Positions 44,093-53,180 of a stretch of 58,379 bases of DNA are shown here, in pieces. The notes below the pieces were generated by a model. The model did not search any database. It was not told the origin of the DNA and saw only the letters and a program-made list of their open reading frames with translations. The number at the start of each line of letters is the position of its first letter. The stretch's first letter is position 1. This DNA is from a virus (lineage: Duplodnaviria; Caudoviricetes): the IMG/VR virus record IMGVR_UViG_3300027965_000006, positions 1-58,379 of that record; one strand, 5' to 3'. Position numbers and translations under genes: made by a program.

Positions 44093-44812
44093 ATGAGCAT
44101 AACCTACGCCTCGTATGTCTCGCAGCTCGCCAACATCATGGTGGTGTCGTCGGCGGATGCGAACTTCGCCACCTTCCTGCCGGGCGCGATCGACTACGCG
44201 GAGGGCCGTGTCTACCGCGACCTCAACCTGGTCGCCCAATACGTGACCGACGCCTCCGGCACCTGCTCGTCGGGCACGCGCACGCTCGCACTGTCGACGG
44301 CCTCCGGCACCTATCTGGTGGTCGAGCAGGTGAGCATCCTGACATCAGCGGGCGCGCCGTCCTCGGCGGCGACGCGCAACCAGCTCTACGCGGTCTCGCC
44401 CGACTACATCAACGCCACCTATCCGTCGGCGGCGTCGTCCAACACCGGGCAGCCGGCGTTCTGGGCGCGGCTCAACGACACCACGATCATGTTCGGCCCG
44501 GCGCCCGACCAGCCTTACGGCGTCGAGGTGTACGGCACGCAGCGCCCGACGCCGCTGTCGTCCGCCAACTCCTCGACCTGGCTCACGCAGAACGTCCCCG
44601 AACTGTTCATGGCCGCCACTATGGTGTTCGCGACCGGCTACATGCGCGACTTCGGCGCGCAGTCCGACAATCCGCAGATGGCGCAATCGTGGGAGCAGAC
44701 CTATCGGGCGCTGCTGGAGACGGCCAACCGCGACGAGCTGCGCAAGAAGTTCTACGGGCCGGCCTGGACGGCCGCGGTGCCGTCGCCCCTCGCCACGCCG
44801 CCGCGGGCCTGA
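44093..44812 (+). CDS. Tail adaptor-like structural protein
   Basis: AEGRVYRDL, FGPAPDQPY, TWLTQNVPELF. Confidence 0.7.
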   Translation: MSITYASYVSQLANIMVVSSADANFATFLPGAIDYAEGRVYRDLNLVAQYVTDASGTCSSGTRTLALSTASGTYLVVEQVSILTSAGAPSSAATRNQLYAVSPDYINATYPSAASSNTGQPAFWARLNDTTIMFGPAPDQPYGVEVYGTQRPTPLSSANSSTWLTQNVPELFMAATMVFATGYMRDFGAQSDNPQMAQSWEQTYRALLETANRDELRKKFYGPAWTAAVPSPLATPPRA

Positions 44813-44815
44813 GCG

Positions 44816-46843
44816 ATGCCGCGCAGCGCCGTCCAACTCAAGCCTGGTGTCGACACCCAGCTCACGCTCTCCGCCAACCAGGCGGGAGTGTCGCAGTCGC
44901 AGCTCATCCGCTTCAAGGAAGGGCTGCTGCAAAGCTACGGCGGCTGGACCAACTACGTCGGCTTCACCATCGCGTCGACCATCCGCGACCTGCATCCCTG
45001 GCAGGACATCAACGGCACCAAGCGGCTGTCCGCCGCCGCGACTGGCAACGTGGTGGTGATCACGTCGGGCTCGGCGCAGGACATCACGCCGCAGACCAAC
45101 ACCACCAACCCGGCGCCGAACTTCTCCACCACCAACGGTTCCTGCCTCGTCACCATCGTCGACGGCGGCTCGAGCGCGTCGACCTTCAACACGGTGTATT
45201 TCAACACCCCGGTCGCCATCGCGGGCTTCCTGCTCAACGGCGCCTATCCGATCCACTCGGTCGGCGGCTCGTCGACCTACACGATCGCGCTGACCGCGAA
45301 CGCGACCGCGACGGTGACGTCGAGCGGCATCCTGCCGGTGTTCGCCGCCTCGTCGGGCTCCGGCACCGTGACGGTGACGCTGCCGAACAACGGCTTCACG
45401 GCGACCACTGGGCTCTTCCAGCAGTTCATCGCCGCGACCAGCGTCGGCGGACTGACGGTGCAGGGCAAGTACCAGATCGCCTCGGTCACCGACTCGACCA
45501 ACTTCACCATCAACGCGACGCAGCAGGCGAGCGCCACCGCGTCATCGACGATGAACGGCGGCCTCGCCCAGCTCGTCTACTACGTCACACTCGGCCCGAC
45601 CCAGGCGGGCTCCGGCTTCGGCGCCGGCGGTTTCGGATCGGGCGGCTTCGGCACCGGCACGGCGCAGTCGGGCGCGGCCGGCACGCCGATCACGGCGACC
45701 GACTGGACGCAGGACAACTTCGGCGAAATCCTGCTGATGTGCCCGACCGACGGGCCGATCTACGCCTGGTCGGCCGACTTCGGCTTCCAGAACGCGCAGG
45801 TGGTCAACCAGGCGCCGTTCTTCAACGGCGGCATCTTCGTGTCGATGCCGCAGCAGATCCTGGTGGCATGGCGCTCGGTGCAGGCGAGCGGCGTGCAGGA
45901 CCCGCTGATCGTGCGCTGGTCGAACGCCGGCGACTACACCAACTGGACGGTCTCCAACCAGACCACCGCGGGCTCGTTCCACATCCCGACCGGCTCGAAG
46001 ATCGTCGGCGGGCTGCAGTGCCCGCAATACGCCCTGATCTCGACCGACGTCGACGTGTGGACGATGACCTATGTGGGCGGCACGGTCATCTTCAACTTCA
46101 ACCGGGTCGGCACCGGCTGCGGCTTCATCGGCCCGCACGCCTGCGGGGTGCTGGCCGGCGCGCCCTACTGGATGAGCACCAACAATTTCTTCACCCTCGG
46201 CCCGAACGGCGCCGCGCCGCTGCCGTGCACGGTGTGGGACGCGGTGTTCCAGAATCTCTCCGCCGCCAACCAGTCGAAGGTGCGCGTCGCGGTCAACTCG
46301 GCCTTCAACGAGATCGCCTGGTTCTACCCGTCCGCCAACTCGACCGGCGAGAACGACAGCTACGTCAAGGTGCACATGGAGGGGCAGGAATACGAATGGG
46401 ACTACGGCACGCTCACGCGCACCGCGTGGGCGGACGTGTCCGCCCTGGGGATGCCGATCGGGGCGGACGCCTCCGGGCAGATCTACCAGCACGAGAGCGG
46501 CAACAACATCACGGGGGCTGGACTGCCGACCTTCCGCACCGGCTGGTTCACGCTGTCTGAGGGCACCGATATTCCTTTCGTCGACCTGATCATGCCCGAC
46601 TTCATCTGGGGCACGCGGTCCGGCGCGCAAACCTCGTCGGTCGCCATCACCTTCTTCGGCTGTGATAACCTGAGCGACACGGCGACGACCTACGGGCCGT
46701 TCGTTGTCAGCAATACGACCAATTATGTCAACTGCCGCATTCGCAACCGCTACCTGTCGATGCAGGTGCAGAGCAACGCGAGCTCGGAATTCTGGCGGCT
46801 CGGCCGCATCCGCTTCCGCTTCGCGCAATCGGGGAGGCGCTGA
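44816..46843 (+). CDS. Tail nozzle / DNA-stabilisation protein (P22 gp10-like position)
   Basis: 675 aa beta-rich; LKPGVD, DNFGEIL, VRWSNAGD..NW, FNEIAWFYPS, WRLGRIRF. Confidence 0.75.
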   Translation: MPRSAVQLKPGVDTQLTLSANQAGVSQSQLIRFKEGLLQSYGGWTNYVGFTIASTIRDLHPWQDINGTKRLSAAATGNVVVITSGSAQDITPQTNTTNPAPNFSTTNGSCLVTIVDGGSSASTFNTVYFNTPVAIAGFLLNGAYPIHSVGGSSTYTIALTANATATVTSSGILPVFAASSGSGTVTVTLPNNGFTATTGLFQQFIAATSVGGLTVQGKYQIASVTDSTNFTINATQQASATASSTMNGGLAQLVYYVTLGPTQAGSGFGAGGFGSGGFGTGTAQSGAAGTPITATDWTQDNFGEILLMCPTDGPIYAWSADFGFQNAQVVNQAPFFNGGIFVSMPQQILVAWRSVQASGVQDPLIVRWSNAGDYTNWTVSNQTTAGSFHIPTGSKIVGGLQCPQYALISTDVDVWTMTYVGGTVIFNFNRVGTGCGFIGPHACGVLAGAPYWMSTNNFFTLGPNGAAPLPCTVWDAVFQNLSAANQSKVRVAVNSAFNEIAWFYPSANSTGENDSYVKVHMEGQEYEWDYGTLTRTAWADVSALGMPIGADASGQIYQHESGNNITGAGLPTFRTGWFTLSEGTDIPFVDLIMPDFIWGTRSGAQTSSVAITFFGCDNLSDTATTYGPFVVSNTTNYVNCRIRNRYLSMQVQSNASSEFWRLGRIRFRFAQSGRR

Positions 46844-47068
46844 ATGGCTTCACTGACCGATCTTCTCACGGCGATGCAGCAGGGTGTGACCGGGCTCAAC
46901 AACCTGACCAACACGTTCAAGAGCTTCTTCCCGCAGGCGACCACGTCGTCGACCGTGGCGCCGTCGTCCGTCGGCGCGATCACGTTCACGTCGTCGCAGC
47001 CGGTGGGCTTCCTGCTGGTGACGCTGTCGAGCGGGACGACGGTCAAATTCCCCTACTACAACCAGTGA
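46844..47068 (+). CDS. Small tail-module protein
   Basis: MASLTDLLTAMQQGV...KFPYYN; GGAGG SD. Confidence 0.7.
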   Translation: MASLTDLLTAMQQGVTGLNNLTNTFKSFFPQATTSSTVAPSSVGAITFTSSQPVGFLLVTLSSGTTVKFPYYNQ

Positions 47069-47079
47069 AGGGCTGAGCG

Positions 47080-47997
47080 ATGGCCTCGACGTTCACGGCG
47101 AACATCAACCTGGAAGAGCCCGCCCGCGGCGACGACGTGGGAACGTGGGATACACCAGTCAACAACAACATGACGCTGGTCGACCTCGTCGCCGGCGGCC
47201 AGTCGAAGATCACGCTCAACAACGCCAACGTGACCTTGTCGGCGGCGCAGTTCCAGTCGAACATCATCACGTTCCAGTCGACCTTGACCGGCAGCGTGAC
47301 GATCACCTTCCCGTCCACGTTCAAGAAGCCGTACACGGTCGAGCACCTGTGCACGGGATCGAGCGCGTTCACGATCACGCTGCAGACCACGGTCGCGGGC
47401 GGGCAGGCGATCGTCTGTCCACCGGGGCAGGGCTTCGACTGCTACAATGACGGGACGAACCTCAAGTTCAAGAATCTCGGCCCGCAGGTCGGCGGCTATT
47501 GGGATTATTGCGGCTCGTCGGTGCCCGCGTGGGTGTCGGGCTGCACCGTGCCGCCATATCTCAACTGCGACGGAACGACTTTCTCGTCGGCCACCTATCC
47601 ACAACTCACCGTGATCATGGGCGGCACGACGTTGCCGGACCTGCGCGGCCGCGTGCGCGGCTATCTCAACCAGGGAACCGGCCGCATGACCTCCTCTGGC
47701 GGCGTGGATGGCAACACGCTGTTTGCCTCGGGCGGAGGTCAGACGACGACGCTGTCAAGCCTGCATCTGCCACAGCTTTCGGACCCCGGGCACCTTCATA
47801 CCGAGAATATCGGTGGCGGATCTGGCAGCGTGAATGCCGTTGCATTTTTGGCCGGAGATGGCGCCACCAACAATACATCCTTCAACACGACGCAGTCGGC
47901 CAAAACCGGCATTACCTACGGTAGTTCTAGCCAGATCGGCGCGCCGGTGGTGCAGCCGACCGCAATCGGCGGCCTGACCTTGATCCGCGCCGGCTGA
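47080..47997 (+). CDS. Tail fibre protein with tail-collar domain
   Basis: YLNCDG..FSSATYPQL...LPDLRGRV...DPGHLH...VQPT. Confidence 0.85.
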   Translation: MASTFTANINLEEPARGDDVGTWDTPVNNNMTLVDLVAGGQSKITLNNANVTLSAAQFQSNIITFQSTLTGSVTITFPSTFKKPYTVEHLCTGSSAFTITLQTTVAGGQAIVCPPGQGFDCYNDGTNLKFKNLGPQVGGYWDYCGSSVPAWVSGCTVPPYLNCDGTTFSSATYPQLTVIMGGTTLPDLRGRVRGYLNQGTGRMTSSGGVDGNTLFASGGGQTTTLSSLHLPQLSDPGHLHTENIGGGSGSVNAVAFLAGDGATNNTSFNTTQSAKTGITYGSSSQIGAPVVQPTAIGGLTLIRAG

Positions 47998-48940
47998 GCC
48001 ACGACCGCTTGACGGCGACCGTAAGGGGCCGCTCGATCAGGATATGGGCAGCGACTCCGATCATCCCGCTCAACGCCATGACGCCAATGGATGCCGCAAG
48101 GCTGTTGCTCGCGAAATCGCCCGCATTGATCAGCCGCATGACGATCGTGTGGGTGAGGTAGATCGAATACGAGGCGTCCCCCAAGATGATCGCCGGGCGC
48201 CAACGAAGATCGGCATTTGCGGTCGACGCGAGCAACGCTGCCGCGACGATGACAACCGGATAGATGGCGTCAGACGTGGCCGCTTGAACGACGTAGCATA
48301 GAACGACGAGCGCCCAAGCCGCGTATCCGAACGATGAGGATGGCGGCGCCGTGCGCAGGAAACTCCACGCGTAATAGAGGATGATCCCGTACAGGAAAAA
48401 ATAGACGTAGGGATGAGCGTAGACCTTGCACACGGTCGCGGCGCACCCGAATGCCGGCAGGCTCAGGATTGAGACAACGGCCGCCGCGGTCAGGATCGGG
48501 GCATGTTTCGGACTGATGCGGAGCGCCGCCGCGAACAGCACGTAGAAATACATTTCGAGATTGAGCGTCCAGCCGACCCCGAGCATCGGCGCGTCCGCCG
48601 ACGGCAGGAAGAGCAGGCTGCGGAATAGGGAGGTCGTAAAATCCGCATGCCAGTTCCAGAACCGGAAGAACGCGGATCGCTCGACCACCAGCGCGAGAAC
48701 GATGGTGCAGAGCCAGTACATCGGCACGATACGGATCAATCGTCGCTGGAAAAAATCCGCCGGTTCACGCTCCGCGATGAAGCACATGATGAAGCCGCTG
48801 ATGACGAAGAAGGTTGCGACGGCTCCAAAATCGGCGTGGAACCCGCCGATCAGATAGCCCGCGTGGTAAAAGACGACGGCGAGCGCCGACAATCCGCGGA
48901 GCGCCTGAAGCGATCCGATCGTCTCGTATTTCGCGGCCAT
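47927..48940 (-). CDS. Acyltransferase family 3 (OafA/Oac-like) membrane O-acyltransferase
   Basis: SLQALRGLSALAVVFYH, FFVISGFIM, RRLIRIVPMYW, GWTLNLEMYFY, LGDASYSIYLTH, IERP; antisense, lower GC. Confidence 0.92.
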   Translation of the reverse strand: MAAKYETIGSLQALRGLSALAVVFYHAGYLIGGFHADFGAVATFFVISGFIMCFIAEREPADFFQRRLIRIVPMYWLCTIVLALVVERSAFFRFWNWHADFTTSLFRSLLFLPSADAPMLGVGWTLNLEMYFYVLFAAALRISPKHAPILTAAAVVSILSLPAFGCAATVCKVYAHPYVYFFLYGIILYYAWSFLRTAPPSSSFGYAAWALVVLCYVVQAATSDAIYPVVIVAAALLASTANADLRWRPAIILGDASYSIYLTHTIVMRLINAGDFASNSLAASIGVMALSGMIGVAAHILIERPLTVAVKRSWLSRRGSRSGRRLRSAAPPARRSG

Positions 48941-49037
48941 TTTCCCCCTGCGTGCCCCGCAGTCGGGGAGTTGAGCAATTCCTGACCCCCACCGCAAGGG
49001 GCTTCCCCGACCAAACAAATGAGCGTAAAATCACTTC

Positions 49038-49820
49038 ATGCCGCTGATTAAGTCGCCCAGCCGCGCGGCGGTCGGGACCAACATCCGGGAAATGCAGGCA
49101 GCAGGGCATCCGCACGCCCAAGCGGTGGCCGCTGCACTCAATAACGCCCGCCGCTACGGCGCCAAGTTCGCCGACGGCGGCAACGCTCCGTTCTATGCCG
49201 CGCCGACCATCTACGGCTCCAAGACGCAGGCCGACATCCGCGGCGCGCTCGACGACATCGCGCGCCGGTTCCGGCCGCCGCCCGGAAAGGCGGCCTTTGC
49301 CGGGGGCGGCGCCACCACGCCGTTCGTCGAGCGGGCCGGGGCCTACCGGCTGGCGCACGAGGGGTTCATTCACAGTCCCGTGCCGGGCAGGACCGACGCC
49401 TTGCCCATCACGGTCAAGGGCGGCAGCTACATTTTGCCGGCCGATCATGTCGCGGCGATCGGGCAGGGCAACAGCCTCGCCGGCGCCGACATCGTCAATC
49501 ACATGTTCGGACTCGGTCCGGCCGGCGGATCGCCGCTGGGCAAGGGCATCGGTGCGGGACTGCATCCGATCAGGCCGACCATTCCGCATCTGTGGCACAT
49601 GGCCGTTCGCAAGGACGGCGGCGCGTCGCCGACGAAAATCATCGCCGCCGGCGGCGAGGTCGCGATCCCGCCCGCGAACGTCGTCGCCGGCGTGCGCAAG
49701 ATGACCGGCAATCCGCACGTCACCCTCGATCAGGCTCACAAGATTCTCGACGCATGGGTGATCAACACCCGCAAGAAGCACATCAAGACCTTGAAGGGTC
49801 TCAAACCGCCGAAGCGATAG
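49038..49820 (+). CDS. Putative internal virion protein
   Basis: MPLIKSPSRAAVGTNIREM...QAVAAAL; FADGG; VPGRTD...SYILPADHVAAIGQGNSLAG. Confidence 0.75.
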   Translation: MPLIKSPSRAAVGTNIREMQAAGHPHAQAVAAALNNARRYGAKFADGGNAPFYAAPTIYGSKTQADIRGALDDIARRFRPPPGKAAFAGGGATTPFVERAGAYRLAHEGFIHSPVPGRTDALPITVKGGSYILPADHVAAIGQGNSLAGADIVNHMFGLGPAGGSPLGKGIGAGLHPIRPTIPHLWHMAVRKDGGASPTKIIAAGGEVAIPPANVVAGVRKMTGNPHVTLDQAHKILDAWVINTRKKHIKTLKGLKPPKR

Positions 49821-49822
49821 CG

Positions 49823-50332
49823 ATGGCCGCCCCCTCGATCGTCCGCATCGCGCGCCCGGAGGATTACATGGGCGTGTGGAAGTTGTTGCTGTGCTCGCAC
49901 GCCGAGAACGGCAAATTCCCGCTCGCCCCAGAGAAGGTCGAATACTTCGTCCAGCGCGCCCTGGTGCCCGAGGTCATTCCACCCGACGACACCGGCCCGC
50001 GCGGCGTCATCGGCGTGATCGGGCCGCCGGGCGGCGGGCTCGAGGGTCTCGCCTTCGTGATCATCTCCTGCTTCTGGTACACGACGCAGAGACATCTTGA
50101 AGAGTTAATGGTGTTCGTCGATCCGGAGTGCCGGCGCTCCAACCACGCGCGCGCGCTGATCGACTGGATGAAACAGCAGAGCGACGAGACGCATCTGCCG
50201 CTGCTCACCGGCATCATCTCGACCGAGCGCACCGAGGCCAAGGTGCGGCTTTACGAGCGCGCGCTGCCGAAGGCGGGCGCCTTTTTCCTCTACGGCGCCG
50301 CGCCGTCGAGCGCCGCGCATGCGCTGAACTGA
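49823..50332 (+). CDS. GNAT-fold protein preceding the ejection proteins
   Basis: VRIARPED, FWYT..HLEELMVFVDPECRRSNHARALI. Confidence 0.75.
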   Translation: MAAPSIVRIARPEDYMGVWKLLLCSHAENGKFPLAPEKVEYFVQRALVPEVIPPDDTGPRGVIGVIGPPGGGLEGLAFVIISCFWYTTQRHLEELMVFVDPECRRSNHARALIDWMKQQSDETHLPLLTGIISTERTEAKVRLYERALPKAGAFFLYGAAPSSAAHALN

Positions 50333-50342
50333 GGAGGCGACA

Positions 50343-53180
50343 ATAGGGTCGAAAGGCTCGCAACAGGTTCAATCGAACCAATCGCAGCAGTACACGCCCG
50401 ACCCGAACGCCTATGCGGCGATCTCGGCGGCGCTGTCGCGCGCGCAGGGGGTGGCGGGAACGCCGTTCTCCACGCCCGTGGCGCCGGTTGCCGGCTTCTC
50501 GCCGCAGCAGCTGCAGGCGTTCAACGAGGTCGGCGCGAACCAAGGCTATGCGCAGCCCTACATCAACACGGCGGCGAACTACTTCTCGCCGGCGGGCGCG
50601 CAGGGCTTCCTCAATCCGTACACGGCCAACGTCACGGCGAACCTGCAGGACATCTTCGGCCAGCAGAACGTGCAAAATACGGGTGCGCTCACGCAGGCGG
50701 CGGGCGGGGTCGGGGCGGACCGCATCGCGGTCGGCCAGTCCGAGCTCGCCAAGCAGCAGGGGCTGGCGGCGGGGCAGACCTACGCCAACCTCTACGGCAA
50801 CGCCGCCAATCTCGCCCAGTCGGCCGGGTTCGGCACGGCCAATCTCGGCACGGCGGGGCAGAACGCCGCCTTCCAGGGCGCACAGATGCTGCTCGGCACC
50901 GGCGGCCTGCAGCAGCAGGAACAGCAGGCGCAGCTCAATGCGCCCTACCAGAACGTGCTGCAGCAGATCGCGTGGCCGTACCAGAACGCCCAGTTCCTCG
51001 CCGGCATCACCGGGGCGCTCGCGCCGGGACTTGGCGGCACCACCACGGGGCAGGGCACCACGACCTATCCGGGGCCGTCCTGGCTCGGCACCATCGCGGG
51101 CCTCGGCATGACCGGCGCCGGCGTCTACGGGCTCGGCAATCAGCAGGGATGGTGGGGCAGCGGCAAGGGAAGCGGGGGCGGCGGTCAGGCGCCGAGCGCG
51201 CGCGGGGGCCGCATCCATCCCTATGCGTCCGGCGGGGCGACGGACGACGCCGACATGGTGCCGGCCGTCTCGGGCGACCCGTTTTTGCGCATGGTCGAGG
51301 CGCGCAATCTTCAGTCCGCCGGCGCTGATGCGCCGGGGGGCGGCCCGATCCGCCTGCCGACCGGGGTGAATGCCCAGCCGATCGACGCCGAGCCGCAAAG
51401 TATCGTGCCGCAGGGCGGCGTTCCGGCGATCCAGCCGCGCATTCCGCAGCTCAACCTCTCGACGCCAGCCCCGTCGGGCGGCGGCAAGGGATCCGGTCTC
51501 GGCGACGTGCTCTCGACCGGCCTCAAGGTCGCCAGCATGTTCCGCCGCGGCGGGGCCGCCCATCCGTATTCCGAGGCCGAGCACATGGACGATGGCGGCG
51601 TCCCCGTCTCGCCGAACGACCGCGTCGCCCAGGCATGGGACAACGCCAATCGCTGGAATACGCAGGGCGCCGGCCTCATTCCGGGCGATGCCCATACGCC
51701 CGACCTGCTCGCGGCCGCCCCCGACGTGCCGTTGCCGCGCGCGCGGCCGGACATCAGCGCCGCGGCACCACCGGCCGAGGATGCCGATTTGCCGCCCTCC
51801 GCAACGCCGACGGCGGGCCTTCCTGACGACGCCCCTTCCAACCCCTATGCGCCGCCGAACGCGCGCCAGAGCCTCGCCAACTCGCCCTGGATGCCCCTGA
51901 TCACGGCGGGCCTCGGGACGCTGGCGGCGGCCGGCAGCCGGGACGCGCGCGGTTTGCCGATCTCGCCCGCGGCGGCGATCGGGGCCGGCGGCCTGCAGGG
52001 CGTCAAGACGCTGGAAAGCCAGCGCGCGGCGGAGCAGAAGCAGGAAAGCATCGACCAGGCGGCGCGCCGGCTCGATCAGGTCGCCCAGTTCCACCGCGAC
52101 CAGTATACCAAGATGACGCCATATCAGCAGGCGGAGATCGGCACGAGGCAGTATGCCCAGACCCACATGACGCCGTACCAGGAAGCGGAGGCGTCGAAGC
52201 CGTTCGTGGTCGGGCAGAACGCGCTCGGGCTCAATGTCTATGGGCGGCGCCTGCCGAACGGCCAGATCGTCGATGCCGCGACCGGGCAGCCGATCACGGA
52301 CAAGAATACCGCGGCGCCAAAGAATACCGACGACGAGGCCGCGCTGCCGCCAACCTCGACACCGACGGCGACGGGCGACATCCGCGACGAGTCGGTCCTG
52401 CGCGAGGTCGACCCGAAGATGGCGGCGACCATCCGTGCGATCGACGAGGGGCGCACCTCGATCGCGTCGGTGCCGCTCAAGATGCGCGGGCAGGTGCTCA
52501 ACCTGGTCAACGCCTACGACCCGTCCTGGGATCAGACGACCTGGGCGGCGCGCAACCGGATGCAGTCCGACCTCGCCCCCAACGGCAATTCCGGCAAGCT
52601 GCTGCTCGCCGTCAACCAGCTGCTGCCCCACCTCAAGGTCGCGAGCGACAAGGCGGCGGCGCTCGACAACGGCAACTTCCCGGCCGCCAACGCGGTGACG
52701 AACTGGCTGCTCACCCAGGCCGGCGATCCGCGCGTCACCTCGTTCAACACGGTGCGCGAGGTCGCCGCGCTGGATGCGGCACGCCTGTTGCGCGGCTCCG
52801 GTGCCATGGCGGAGGCGGACATCAATAATTGGCGCGAGCTTCTGGCGAGCTCGGGATCGCCGCGCCAGCTGCAGGAGAACATCGGGCTCCTGTCCGACGA
52901 GCTGATCGGCGCGCGCGTCTCCTCGATCGAGCATTCCTACCGCATGATCATGCGCAAGGATCCGCCGTCACTCGTGTCGGACGAGGCGAAGGACGCGCTC
53001 GCCGCGATCCAGAAGCGCCGGCCGAAGGCTCCAGGAGAGGCGGCGCCGGCCGCCCAACAGCCGGCACCTGCGCCTACTGCAGCAGCACCGGCACCGGCCG
53101 CAGTGCCACCCACACGCGTGCGTCAGAATGGCCATACCTACGAGCGTCAGCAGGATGGCTCCTATAGGGCGGTTGATTGA
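50343..53180 (+). CDS. DNA ejection / pilot protein (probable ATA start)
   Basis: GAGGAGG SD 5 nt before ATA; reads (M)GSKGSQQVQSNQSQ; Gln/Gly/Ala-rich VAGFSPQQ, FLNPY, GGLQQQ; frame continuous with ORF 50451-53180. Confidence 0.78.
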   Translation: MGSKGSQQVQSNQSQQYTPDPNAYAAISAALSRAQGVAGTPFSTPVAPVAGFSPQQLQAFNEVGANQGYAQPYINTAANYFSPAGAQGFLNPYTANVTANLQDIFGQQNVQNTGALTQAAGGVGADRIAVGQSELAKQQGLAAGQTYANLYGNAANLAQSAGFGTANLGTAGQNAAFQGAQMLLGTGGLQQQEQQAQLNAPYQNVLQQIAWPYQNAQFLAGITGALAPGLGGTTTGQGTTTYPGPSWLGTIAGLGMTGAGVYGLGNQQGWWGSGKGSGGGGQAPSARGGRIHPYASGGATDDADMVPAVSGDPFLRMVEARNLQSAGADAPGGGPIRLPTGVNAQPIDAEPQSIVPQGGVPAIQPRIPQLNLSTPAPSGGGKGSGLGDVLSTGLKVASMFRRGGAAHPYSEAEHMDDGGVPVSPNDRVAQAWDNANRWNTQGAGLIPGDAHTPDLLAAAPDVPLPRARPDISAAAPPAEDADLPPSATPTAGLPDDAPSNPYAPPNARQSLANSPWMPLITAGLGTLAAAGSRDARGLPISPAAAIGAGGLQGVKTLESQRAAEQKQESIDQAARRLDQVAQFHRDQYTKMTPYQQAEIGTRQYAQTHMTPYQEAEASKPFVVGQNALGLNVYGRRLPNGQIVDAATGQPITDKNTAAPKNTDDEAALPPTSTPTATGDIRDESVLREVDPKMAATIRAIDEGRTSIASVPLKMRGQVLNLVNAYDPSWDQTTWAARNRMQSDLAPNGNSGKLLLAVNQLLPHLKVASDKAAALDNGNFPAANAVTNWLLTQAGDPRVTSFNTVREVAALDAARLLRGSGAMAEADINNWRELLASSGSPRQLQENIGLLSDELIGARVSSIEHSYRMIMRKDPPSLVSDEAKDALAAIQKRRPKAPGEAAPAAQQPAPAPTAAAPAPAAVPPTRVRQNGHTYERQQDGSYRAVD

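Noticed and set aside
50343-53180. Tape measure protein
   Set aside because: No tail tube, tail chaperone or baseplate genes were recognised; composition and context fit podovirus ejection proteins.
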